A stretch of 64,000 nt of DNA from a virus. Its lineage: Duplodnaviria; Heunggongvirae; Uroviricota; Caudoviricetes. The notes beneath the pieces are model-generated. The model did no database searches, had not been told where the DNA came from, and was given only the letters and a program-made list of their open reading frames with translations. The position numbers and the translations under genes were made by a program. The stretch lies in the IMG/VR virus record IMGVR_UViG_3300028832_000111, one strand, 5' to 3'. How positions within the stretch are numbered: position 1 is the stretch's first letter; each line of letters begins with the position of its first letter. Below are positions 20,359-29,048 of the stretch, piece after piece.

Positions 20359-20949
20359 ATGGAAACAAAAAACTACAACGAAAAAGTAAAGGAGCTCAAA
20401 GAGCAGGTAATCGCTGACATCCGCAAGGAGATGAAGAAAATGGGATTTGCGTGGACGTTCGAGACACCTATCATGATTGACGACCATGACGGCGAGGTAT
20501 TGCTGCAGGGTGTGGACCTAAATCCAATCGATAACGGTATCATCCTGCTCTTTGAAGACTACCAAGAAGAAGGCGAATACGTTATTCAGCATCCGGTAGA
20601 AGAGCTGATATTCATTCTCAAATCACTGCGCGAACAGTACGCCAAGACAGAGTATTCGTTCGTACCCGGGTATCATGAATATCACTTTATCAACTTAACG
20701 GGCGACATCCTACTTAACCTTAATGATCCGAACGACCATTGTTATGACAGCGACGGTAATCCTATTGAGGATTTTCAACAGCTCAAAGATGATATGCTCG
20801 ATGTCATCTCTGAGATTAGAGATGTTTTGGAAGCCGGGGACGAGGATCTTCATGGCAACACATTGGATATGTTCAACCAACTTCCCGAGGACGAGATTGC
20901 AGCGGAGATCATGGCACAAGCTCTCTGGAATGATTACATCGCCGAGTAA
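20359..20949 (+). CDS. hypothetical very acidic protein (196 aa)
   Basis: Motif-led ORF, highly D/E-rich, a possible DNA mimic. Confidence 0.7.
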   Translation: METKNYNEKVKELKEQVIADIRKEMKKMGFAWTFETPIMIDDHDGEVLLQGVDLNPIDNGIILLFEDYQEEGEYVIQHPVEELIFILKSLREQYAKTEYSFVPGYHEYHFINLTGDILLNLNDPNDHCYDSDGNPIEDFQQLKDDMLDVISEIRDVLEAGDEDLHGNTLDMFNQLPEDEIAAEIMAQALWNDYIAE

Positions 20950-21014
20950 CAAGAAGGTTATAGCTGTGGAAACGCAGCTATAATCGCCATTATGTCTAAC
21001 TAAAATGATTCGCA

Positions 21015-21167
21015 ATGAAAGAAGAGAAAACAACCCAGAAGAAGTACACCCAATGGAGGGTGTACCGCCGGGGTAAGGAGGAAATACTTTCAACCCCGAT
21101 TCCTATGACACCTGCAGATGCATTATTCCACTTCAAGGCTCATACGGTGCAGGCGGTCAGTAATTAA
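21015..21167 (+). CDS. small ORF (50 aa). Not in the ORF track.
   Basis: Degenerate motif ccattatgtctaactaaaatgattcgcaATG. Product MKEEKTTQKKYTQWRVYRRGKEEILSTPIPMTPADALFHFKAHTVQAVSN. Confidence 0.35.
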   Translation: MKEEKTTQKKYTQWRVYRRGKEEILSTPIPMTPADALFHFKAHTVQAVSN

Positions 21168-21200
21168 CAGGGTAGTAACTTAACTAATTGAGAAGTAACT

Positions 21201-21473
21201 ATGAGACTGAGGAAATTAGCCGCTGAGTATTTCAGCAACAGGGAACAGAAGAGCAAGACAGTGGGCTTCATGTCGCTTGAACAGTTCTTCCGTAAGCACT
21301 TCCATTCCATACGCCCGTCATTCGTAAAAAACGGCGTAGGAGCCACACGTGTGGGGGTTAAGAACTACGTCAGACTTAAATGTATCGTGGAAGATCTCGG
21401 TAAGATGGGAGTGATACGTGACGTGGATGAGGTGCTTGATTCTATCGACAACCTCGTTCAGCAACACTACTAA
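21201..21473 (+). CDS. hypothetical protein (90 aa)
   Basis: ORF followed by a terminator-like hairpin. Confidence 0.55.
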   Translation: MRLRKLAAEYFSNREQKSKTVGFMSLEQFFRKHFHSIRPSFVKNGVGATRVGVKNYVRLKCIVEDLGKMGVIRDVDEVLDSIDNLVQQHY

Positions 21474-21519
21474 TGTTAAATCCGTACATTAACTATGTTA
21501 AGGATTAACATCGCCATAC

Positions 21520-21549
21520 AAGGATAAGGGCGAATCCTTATCTTTGTGC
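21520..21549 (+). terminator. putative intrinsic terminator
   Basis: ggataagggcgaatccttatc hairpin followed by tttgtgc. Confidence 0.4.
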
Positions 21550-21720
21550 TAATTATTACATACGAACGCCGTGAGGCGCATAGTTGTAGTATTTAAAGAG
21601 TTAAACAGATGCGTACTCATTGACATGGGTGCGCATCACTTTTCCAAAGGACAAATCCCACGTCCTGGAGCTGATTGAGTGACATCAGCTGCTCCGCCAA
21701 TAATAACTCAAACAATCATT

Positions 21721-23097
21721 ATGGATTACACTTACAAGTTAGAACAGGTGCTCAGGGTTCATAAGATTGAACCGCTGAGCTGGAGAGTCACGAAAGGACC
21801 CAGCGTCACCCTGTATGAGTTCAGACCGGATATGGGTGTGAATATGACACGTGTACGCAGACTCGCTGATGAGTTTGCCTTGGCGGTCGGTACGGAGTCG
21901 GTACGCATCATGGGACCGCTCGCAGGCGGTACGATTGGCATTGAGGTTCCCAACTTCCAACGTCAGATAGTACACATGGACAGCGTTCTGCATCATGTCG
22001 ATTACGAGTCCTGCAGGATGGCACTTCCATGCGCCATAGGCAAGACGGTACAGGGAGAACTCTTCATCCGTGACCTCACACAGATGCCGCACCTGCTTAT
22101 TGCCGGTGCGACCGGTCAAGGTAAGTCGGTATGCCTGAACATGCTGCTGCTCTCACTGATGAGCAAGCGCACACCGGAAGAGATGCAGTTGGTGCTCATC
22201 GACCCCAAACAGGTTGAGCTCAACATCTACGCTCCTCTCTGGCACAAGTATCTCGCCGATGACATAGCCACGACCACAGAGGATGCTGTCGCTATCCTGC
22301 AGCGTGTCATTAACCTCATGGAGTACCGTTACACCCTTCTCTCGCAGAAAGGAGTACGTAACATCAAAGAGTATAATGACAAGCTCAACGGTGAAGACTA
22401 CATGCGTTACTGCATCGTGGTCATAGACGAGTATGCCGACCTTATTATGACAGCCGGGAAGGATATGGAGCGTATGATATGCCGTATCGCACAGAAAGCC
22501 CGTGCCGTCGGTATCCACATGATCATAGCCACGCAACGTCCGTCGGCGACCATCGTGACAGGAAACATCAAGGCGAACTTCCCGGTACGTATCGCGTTCC
22601 GCGTCGCATCGGGTATTGATTCGCGTGTCATCCTCGACCATACCGGTGCCGAGGACCTGATGGGTAAGGGTGATATGCTCTACTCAGACGGCATTGATGA
22701 CGTGCGCGTACAATGCGGATATGCAGATACGGAGTACATCGAGGATGCTATACTGCTCAACCTTGTCTGCAGAGGTACATTTACCGGTTCCGTGCTTGAC
22801 ATCCCGGGACAGGAGGATGCGCCATGTGTCACCGTTACTATCAAGGGACAACCCGAATGCCTCTTCCTGCAGGAGTCACAAGGCAGGACAGAGTTGACGC
22901 CACGTAACTTCGGTATGTTCCCCTTCCTTCTTACACGCCGTATGGCAATCGAGGACTTCCTCACGATGGTTGCGATAGGTGTCCTGGATAAGCCCACGGG
23001 CGAAGGTATGGATATGAGAGCCAGGATACTCATACGTGACCGTAAGGAGGTGCTGAGACGCTGTGAGGCGGCAAGAGCGGGTACACTGCGCCTGTAA
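21721..23097 (+). CDS. FtsK/SpoIIIE-family DNA-translocase-like ATPase (458 aa)
   Basis: Walker A LLIAGATGQGKSVCLN, Walker B VVIDEYADL and ATQRPS motifs. The start is the motif-associated ATG (MDYTYK) inside track ORF 21679..23097. Confidence 0.8.
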   Translation: MDYTYKLEQVLRVHKIEPLSWRVTKGPSVTLYEFRPDMGVNMTRVRRLADEFALAVGTESVRIMGPLAGGTIGIEVPNFQRQIVHMDSVLHHVDYESCRMALPCAIGKTVQGELFIRDLTQMPHLLIAGATGQGKSVCLNMLLLSLMSKRTPEEMQLVLIDPKQVELNIYAPLWHKYLADDIATTTEDAVAILQRVINLMEYRYTLLSQKGVRNIKEYNDKLNGEDYMRYCIVVIDEYADLIMTAGKDMERMICRIAQKARAVGIHMIIATQRPSATIVTGNIKANFPVRIAFRVASGIDSRVILDHTGAEDLMGKGDMLYSDGIDDVRVQCGYADTEYIEDAILLNLVCRGTFTGSVLDIPGQEDAPCVTVTIKGQPECLFLQESQGRTELTPRNFGMFPFLLTRRMAIEDFLTMVAIGVLDKPTGEGMDMRARILIRDRKEVLRRCEAARAGTLRL

Positions 23098-23283
23098 ACA
23101 ATGCCGGATGACGGTAAAACGTCCTCCGGCAGCAAGATTACCATAGTCGTAGCAGTGTGGTCAACATGTTTACACATACTTTCGTGTGTACGTTTTTACC
23201 ACATAAGTATTTAGGTTAATCAGGAGCCGGACGATGGGATATTGTCCGGCTTCACTCGTCGTAATCAATAAAAACCAAATGAT

Positions 23284-24126
23284 ATGAACGGAATTTTAAG
23301 TTTTGAGCAGGAGTTTGTCAGAAGACAACCCAGCTATGCGCATATCCTTCGGTATATGCGTGATGCGATAGGCGTTCAGGAGGTGCAGTGGAGCGACCTC
23401 ACGACGCTTAACCTGTCCGAGATGAGGGATAATATCTGTGACAACGTAGCCGGTAATACGGCATGTACCTATCTCGCCGTATTGAAGGCTTTCCTTTCCG
23501 CTTATCTGGATGAGAATTTATTCCCCTGTAAGAATCCCGGGAAGGAATTGAAGGCTAAGAGAGTGCCGTCACAGAACGTCTATCTCACGGAAGAGGAGAT
23601 AGAGCGTATCGAACGATATGTTCCCCATAATGACACGGAACGGGACATCAAGGCGGCTTTCCTCATCGAGTGCTACTGCGGTGCCAGGACGTCCGATGTC
23701 AAGTCATTCACCGAGCATAACATCATTGACGGCAGACTGTGTTATGTGAGTCAGAAGACGAAGGTGGAGAGCTCCATACCGATACATCGCAACCTCATGC
23801 GTTACCTGCAGTACAAGCCCACCGGCGAACATAACAGAGCCGTTTATAACGATGTCATCAAACGTATCTGTCGCCGATGCGGTATCAGTCAGGAAACCAA
23901 GATATTCTATCACGGTAAGACGCAGACGCGACCCAAGTACGAGTATGTCGGGAGTCATACGGCCCGGAGATCCTTCGCCACCAACCTGACTCTGCGCGGT
24001 GTGCCGCGTGCCGTCATCTGCGCCCTGATGAACCACAACAAGAACGAGAACATGACATCACGTTACATCTGCGTGGATGCCGATAATCTCGACTTGAGCG
24101 GTATGGGGTTCTTCACCGGCACATAA
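23284..24126 (+). CDS. small tyrosine site-specific recombinase (280 aa). Integrase/invertase family.
   Basis: C-terminal catalytic region GSHTARRSFATNL...LMNHNKNENMTSRYI contains the R..H..R..Y signature. Confidence 0.75.
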   Translation: MNGILSFEQEFVRRQPSYAHILRYMRDAIGVQEVQWSDLTTLNLSEMRDNICDNVAGNTACTYLAVLKAFLSAYLDENLFPCKNPGKELKAKRVPSQNVYLTEEEIERIERYVPHNDTERDIKAAFLIECYCGARTSDVKSFTEHNIIDGRLCYVSQKTKVESSIPIHRNLMRYLQYKPTGEHNRAVYNDVIKRICRRCGISQETKIFYHGKTQTRPKYEYVGSHTARRSFATNLTLRGVPRAVICALMNHNKNENMTSRYICVDADNLDLSGMGFFTGT

Positions 24127-24135
24127 CAAAAAAAA

Positions 24136-24165
24136 GTGGGGAGCAGCATGACAGCTACTCCCCAC
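24136..24165. terminator. bidirectional terminator between convergent genes
   Basis: gtggggagcagcatgacagctactccccac hairpin, preceded by an A8 run and followed by a T-containing stretch. Confidence 0.55.
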
Positions 24166-24174
24166 ACGATAAGA

Positions 24175-25125
24175 CTAAGCAAGGTCTTGTTGTTCCACCC
24201 TGTCCATTATTTCCCGCCAGACAGCAGGTCTGTATTTATCATCGCCACGGTCATACCATCGTCGGTATGTAGTGGCGAGCCTGCTGCACTCGCGGGGTTT
24301 TCTTTTGCCTATCTCCATGTAAGCCAGATAAGCATAGAAGAAATCATAATGATGAGGCATGTCGAACAGCTCAATAGCCTCTTCCCTTGTACCGTATCTC
24401 GTATAGTCGGGAAACCACGTTTCAAGGAACGGTGTTATTTTGGTTGAGAGTGGACATCTCAGACGTTCCGGTTCAACTGACCACACATCCTGACCGATGC
24501 CGTCAGGCGTCAAAAGAACGAGCAATGCGAGCCTTATTCGATAAAGACTCTCTTTCTTGGGAATGCAGTCACCTATCATATCAAGTACGGCATCCTCCGG
24601 AAGCCAGTTGAGGTACTTCACATTCAGTGTCACCATGATAGGTGTAAGGACATAGTATGTACCGTCACCTTCCTGAGCGTCCATACGTCCTCGCTGCCAT
24701 AGCTTCTCCATCAGCCTGGCTATCTTCCATCCCGGGACGCCGCCTATCAGTTTGTTCTGATTGGCACCGGTAGAGAGTATGACATAATCCCTTTTACCAA
24801 ACCAAAGAAACGGATGCTCCCCCATCATCTCGCGGAACGCCTGGATCCTGTCAAACTCTGATTCGGGGTCCAGCAACAGGGACGCGAAAGCAGCTATCTC
24901 CTTGTCATTCTTGTCCTCGTAATAGGAAGGCAGGATAGACTGCGCCAGCATCGGGTATATACCTCTCTCGATATACCGTTCCGCCATACCAAGGAGCCAA
25001 GGACGTATATGACGTGAGAAGCTGATAAAGAAATCACCCACGACCTTACGTCTGATACAGTCAGTCTCGCGGTGTATCCTCTCTTTCTCCCTACGTTCCC
25101 TCTCTGCTTTCTTCAATCGTGCCAT
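24175..25125 (-). CDS. hypothetical protein (316 aa)
   Basis: ORF. Confidence 0.65.
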   Translation of the reverse strand: MARLKKAERERREKERIHRETDCIRRKVVGDFFISFSRHIRPWLLGMAERYIERGIYPMLAQSILPSYYEDKNDKEIAAFASLLLDPESEFDRIQAFREMMGEHPFLWFGKRDYVILSTGANQNKLIGGVPGWKIARLMEKLWQRGRMDAQEGDGTYYVLTPIMVTLNVKYLNWLPEDAVLDMIGDCIPKKESLYRIRLALLVLLTPDGIGQDVWSVEPERLRCPLSTKITPFLETWFPDYTRYGTREEAIELFDMPHHYDFFYAYLAYMEIGKRKPRECSRLATTYRRWYDRGDDKYRPAVWREIMDRVEQQDLA

Positions 25126-25126
25126 A

Positions 25127-25417
25127 TCAGTTCGGTCTGTCTTTAGGAGGTAGTACGTTATATCGGATGATATTCAGATACTTGACCGCTTCGCCAATGA
25201 CATTCTCTTTCGGATATCTCTTCTGAACGTCATTCGTGAGACTGATGAACATGGAGGACAGTACCCGAAAGGCGTCACCGAGTGTGAGTTCATGTTCGTT
25301 GAACAACTCGGATATACGGTCCAGGATCTCCTGTCCCTCCTGCTCAGTCATAGTCTTATGTTTCACGTCAACAATCTCCCTTAATATCCACTGCCACTCC
25401 GCCATGTGAGATGGCAT
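25127..25417 (-). CDS. hypothetical protein (96 aa)
   Basis: ORF. Confidence 0.5.
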   Translation of the reverse strand: MPSHMAEWQWILREIVDVKHKTMTEQEGQEILDRISELFNEHELTLGDAFRVLSSMFISLTNDVQKRYPKENVIGEAVKYLNIIRYNVLPPKDRPN

Positions 25418-25628
25418 CCTTCACCTCCTTACGTATGATTTCAAACGCACCGTCCAGAACCTGGTCTGTAGGCAGCGTGTCATCTATCACGCCGGACAAG
25501 AACGCACATGCTATCTCCGTGGAGAAGAACATCGAAACGACCGCGAGACGTTCAGAACCTTCCAGCTTCTCCTTGTTGATGAGTTCCATAAGGTCATCAA
25601 CGAGTTTCTGCGCTTTTGTCTGGTCCAT
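25368..25628 (-). CDS. hypothetical protein (86 aa)
   Basis: ORF. Confidence 0.5.
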   Translation of the reverse strand: MDQTKAQKLVDDLMELINKEKLEGSERLAVVSMFFSTEIACAFLSGVIDDTLPTDQVLDGAFEIIRKEVKDAISHGGVAVDIKGDC

Positions 25629-25631
25629 ACG

Positions 25632-26402
25632 TCATTTATTCAGAGCGTCCAGCTTAATCTCCATCTGCAGGGCGCGAGACGGGTTGTTTGCCTTGCAATA
25701 GGCTTCCAGATTCTTATATGACACATTCTCCTTGAATGCAGGAAGCATGGCATATAAGAAGTTCTTGTTGTTTATCTTCAGAGTCTCGAACGCCTCCAGT
25801 CCTTCGCGGTAGTTGAATTTCTTGGCGGCATCGGATGTCTCAACCAACCTCAGTCTGTTACCCTCCCTGCGGGCGAAGAACTTGGTCTTCTGTTCACCGG
25901 TCTTGCTGGTACAGGTGATGATGAAGTTGGGGTTCAGAAGGTCGTTGATCAGGTCGAGATAGACAGGGATGAGGGTAATCCTGTCACCGGTCAGACGGAT
26001 ACGCCTGAAAGTTTCTTCCTGCGTCTTCGCATCCAGACCCAACAGGGCATTAGTGATGTCGTTCGTCCAGGAGAAATGTCCCTTACCGGTGCCGCTGTAA
26101 TACTCGATTGGTTGACCGTTATTGTCATGCCTGCATATCAGCCAGAACCGATGCAGTGCGAATCTGTCCCTGAACTCCTCGACATCCATATAGTTCACAG
26201 CCGCATCGGGATAATCTGCAGACAAACGCTTGTGGGCTTTGACTACGACTTCCATATCCGGAAAGTCCATAGCCTGAACCAAGTCCAGCGTATATTCAAT
26301 ACGCTCTTTCCTTAAGAAACCACCCTTACGATAACTCTTGACGAAACGATAAGCGCAATGCCCGTTTCTGTTCTCCTTGAAATAAATGATAAATTTTCCC
26401 AT
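25632..26402 (-). CDS. hypothetical protein (256 aa)
   Basis: ORF. Confidence 0.65.
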   Translation of the reverse strand: MGKFIIYFKENRNGHCAYRFVKSYRKGGFLRKERIEYTLDLVQAMDFPDMEVVVKAHKRLSADYPDAAVNYMDVEEFRDRFALHRFWLICRHDNNGQPIEYYSGTGKGHFSWTNDITNALLGLDAKTQEETFRRIRLTGDRITLIPVYLDLINDLLNPNFIITCTSKTGEQKTKFFARREGNRLRLVETSDAAKKFNYREGLEAFETLKINNKNFLYAMLPAFKENVSYKNLEAYCKANNPSRALQMEIKLDALNK

Positions 26403-26416
26403 AGTTATTTTGATGT

Positions 26417-27082
26417 TTAATTAGGTCGTTTCTCGGGATATTCCTCATACGCCTGGTCCAGACAACCATATATGTACTCTCCGTTGGAGAACTTGTTAAG
26501 CATAGACTCGAACAGCCCCTTCACCGTCGGTGTGTTGAGGTCAACGTTATAACCCACGAACAGTTCCGTACAAACCATCTTCCATGCATCATGCAGATGC
26601 TTCATGTCAAACTCCTTGAAGTGCTCATAGAAGTTTTTCAGATACCTGCATTCGGCAGTCCTGATGGTATTGGCGAACTGCTTCGCTGACATATCCAATA
26701 ATACCCTCGCACATTCAGCGCGAGCAAGGATATCTGAATGTTTGACTTTATGCGTGTCAAGCGCCTGCTTGATGGCAAGCTGCAGCAATGTTATGTCGTT
26801 ACGCGCCTTGTCTATGACTGCATCGGAGTAAGACGCGAACAGCTCTCCATCCCCGGCCGATTCCTTCAACTCACGTTGCTTGGCTTCAGCCTCCTTGACA
26901 GCCCTTGTCGCATTATGCTTGACGGAACGACGGAACAGGTCGGATTCCTTCACCATGATAAAGGCGCAAATCACTTCGTTGATAGCCGCCGCCACCATAA
27001 GGCTAATACCAAAGTCCACAACCCGTGATGTCCACTCCATACCTTCATATTCCATCACGGTTTTGATTACAACCTTTTTCAT
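26417..27082 (-). CDS. hypothetical protein (221 aa), N-terminal hydrophobic segment
   Basis: ORF. Confidence 0.6.
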   Translation of the reverse strand: MKKVVIKTVMEYEGMEWTSRVVDFGISLMVAAAINEVICAFIMVKESDLFRRSVKHNATRAVKEAEAKQRELKESAGDGELFASYSDAVIDKARNDITLLQLAIKQALDTHKVKHSDILARAECARVLLDMSAKQFANTIRTAECRYLKNFYEHFKEFDMKHLHDAWKMVCTELFVGYNVDLNTPTVKGLFESMLNKFSNGEYIYGCLDQAYEEYPEKRPN

Positions 27083-27354
27083 TTCGCAGTGAACTTAAGC
27101 TGTCTGATACGCTCCTCGCATATATGGATGATTTTCTCATAGTCCATCATACGGGAATCACCTTCTTTTGTCCTCAATATGCGCTTGACTATATCCGCAT
27201 CCCACGGGTTGAGATTGGCATCCAACCATATTGTCCAGGGCTGGATGAAATGCTTGGAGTAATCACTCTTGCCTACATTGGTTGAACGGACTTCGTTGGG
27301 AATCAACCCCAAGTAGTCTAATTGGTTGTACAGCTCATCGGGAATCTCTTTCAT
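27079..27354 (-). CDS. hypothetical protein (91 aa)
   Basis: ORF. Confidence 0.5.
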   Translation of the reverse strand: MKEIPDELYNQLDYLGLIPNEVRSTNVGKSDYSKHFIQPWTIWLDANLNPWDADIVKRILRTKEGDSRMMDYEKIIHICEERIRQLKFTAK

Positions 27355-27547
27355 TGTTGTCGTTGATGAAATTCTTATGGAAAATATTTAGCCCGGAAGG
27401 GTTACAAGTTAAAATCATGTGATTCTTGGGTGCTTCAGGCAGCTTGATATTAGGCTTGACATATACATCCCTGAAATCAGATTGCGGCCATGCATCCCTG
27501 TCACGGTCGCGAAAATGGATTACGCCACCTCGTTGTTGTTTGCTCAT
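27335..27547 (-). CDS. hypothetical protein (70 aa)
   Basis: ORF. Confidence 0.45.
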   Translation of the reverse strand: MSKQQRGGVIHFRDRDRDAWPQSDFRDVYVKPNIKLPEAPKNHMILTCNPSGLNIFHKNFINDNNERDSR

Positions 27548-27548
27548 T

Positions 27549-28307
27549 TCAGAATAAAGTTGGTTCTCTTAGTTCGTCATTTATACGTTGCTGAGCCAAA
27601 GCATAGAACTTATCCGATATCTCCATACCTATCCAGTCTCTCTTCTCTTTGATGGCGGCAATCAGTGTATTGCCGGATCCTGCAAAATTGTCAAGGATGA
27701 CATCACCCTCTTTGGAATATGTCCTGATGAGATAACGCAAGAGATTGACCGGTTTGGTTGTCCCGTGCTTCCAGTCTTCCTTACTGTGCCCTTTGGGAAA
27801 CCGAACGATAGTTCCGGGATACTTGTAATCGGTATCTATGGTTTCCGTCACGTTGTATTTGCCGTAACAGGAGGTCTTCTGCTCTCGTCCTGTCGTGCCT
27901 CTGCTGTGGTTCTTCTGAGACTCCTTGCACCGGACCATCTGAGGGTTATACAGAGGCGGCTTGCCGTAGAACACGAATATCTGCTCATGCTGACGCATCG
28001 GCATCTTCTTACAGTTAAGGAAATTGGATTTCCTGACCTTATCCCAAACGAAGTCATATCTGAACCATTTCGGGTTACTCATAATCAGCTTGGCTCCAAA
28101 GACACCTTGACCGAACAGAAGAATGACACCGTTGGGCTTGATGATGCGCTTGTATTGCCTCCATAATGCCTTAAGGTCAACTTCCTTATCCCATTGCGCA
28201 TCCGGGTTGCTCTTGTTTAGCGTTCCATAAGGCGGATCACTCAGAATCATGTCGATACTCTTATCCGGAATATCCCGCATAAGTTCAAGGCAATCCCCAT
28301 GAAGCAT
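27549..28307 (-). CDS. DNA methyltransferase, beta-class N6A/N4C (252 aa)
   Basis: ILSDPPYGT (motif IV) at the N-terminus and DNFAGSGNT (motif I) at the C-terminus. Confidence 0.85.
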   Translation of the reverse strand: MLHGDCLELMRDIPDKSIDMILSDPPYGTLNKSNPDAQWDKEVDLKALWRQYKRIIKPNGVILLFGQGVFGAKLIMSNPKWFRYDFVWDKVRKSNFLNCKKMPMRQHEQIFVFYGKPPLYNPQMVRCKESQKNHSRGTTGREQKTSCYGKYNVTETIDTDYKYPGTIVRFPKGHSKEDWKHGTTKPVNLLRYLIRTYSKEGDVILDNFAGSGNTLIAAIKEKRDWIGMEISDKFYALAQQRINDELREPTLF

Positions 28308-28338
28308 TACATTATGTGGGTATTGTTACCCAAAGACA

Positions 28339-28995
28339 ATGGTTAGCGAAGTGTTCAATACAGACTGCTTAGCCTATATGAAGACGCTTCCAGACGCATT
28401 CTTTGACCTTGCGATAGTGGACCCGCCGTATCAGCTCAAGAAATCCTCTGTTCAAGGGAGCGGGAAACTTAAGAATCGCACCCTCAACCGCCATGATATG
28501 AGTTGGGATGTTGCACCCCCCACAGAATATTGGAAGGAGTTATTCCGCGTCAGCAAGAACCAGATTATCTGGGGAGGTAACTACTTTCCCTTACCTCCTT
28601 GCCGTTGCTTTGTCATCTGGGATAAGCAGCAGGTATGGGAGAACTTCAGTCAATGTGAGTTTGCCTGGACGTCATTTGATAAACCAGCCAAACTGATCAC
28701 AATATCCAACCGAGGCGGTCACATCGACAAGGTTGTATGGCATCCCACCTGTAAACCAATAGAACTATACGCCTATCTGCTAAAGACCTTCGCAAAGCCG
28801 GGTGACAAGATATTCGACAGCCATCTTGGAAGTGGTTCAAGCCGCATCGCTGCCTATAAGATGGGGTTTGACTTCTACGCTTGTGAGATAAGCAAAGAAT
28901 ACTATGACCTCCAGGAAGAGCGGTTCAGGGAGGAATGCCTCGGAGAGACCAAATTGCAAGACGGCACCACAATCACACAACTCGAATTATTCTGA
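28339..28995 (+). CDS. DNA methyltransferase, beta-class N6A/N4C (218 aa)
   Basis: IVDPPYQ...HPTCKP...FDSHLGSGSS. Divergent from the neighbouring MTase. Confidence 0.85.
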   Translation: MVSEVFNTDCLAYMKTLPDAFFDLAIVDPPYQLKKSSVQGSGKLKNRTLNRHDMSWDVAPPTEYWKELFRVSKNQIIWGGNYFPLPPCRCFVIWDKQQVWENFSQCEFAWTSFDKPAKLITISNRGGHIDKVVWHPTCKPIELYAYLLKTFAKPGDKIFDSHLGSGSSRIAAYKMGFDFYACEISKEYYDLQEERFREECLGETKLQDGTTITQLELF

Positions 28996-29048
28996 AATGG
29001 AAATACAATACCCACATATTGTTTGCTACTGCCGGTTACAATATCATT

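Noticed and set aside
21679-21720. Upstream start of the FtsK-like gene (MTSAAPPIITQTIIM)
   Set aside because: The motif-associated ATG at 21721 (MDYTYK) matches the start rule followed by about 29 other genes. The extension is translated from the motif itself.
5660-21750. Conserved upstream motif as an ordinary Bacteroides sigma-A promoter
   Set aside because: The motif lacks the TAnnTTTG -7 element and TTTG -33 spacing. A true example of that consensus is visible at 53712-53750. The motif sits at fixed spacing directly on the ATG.
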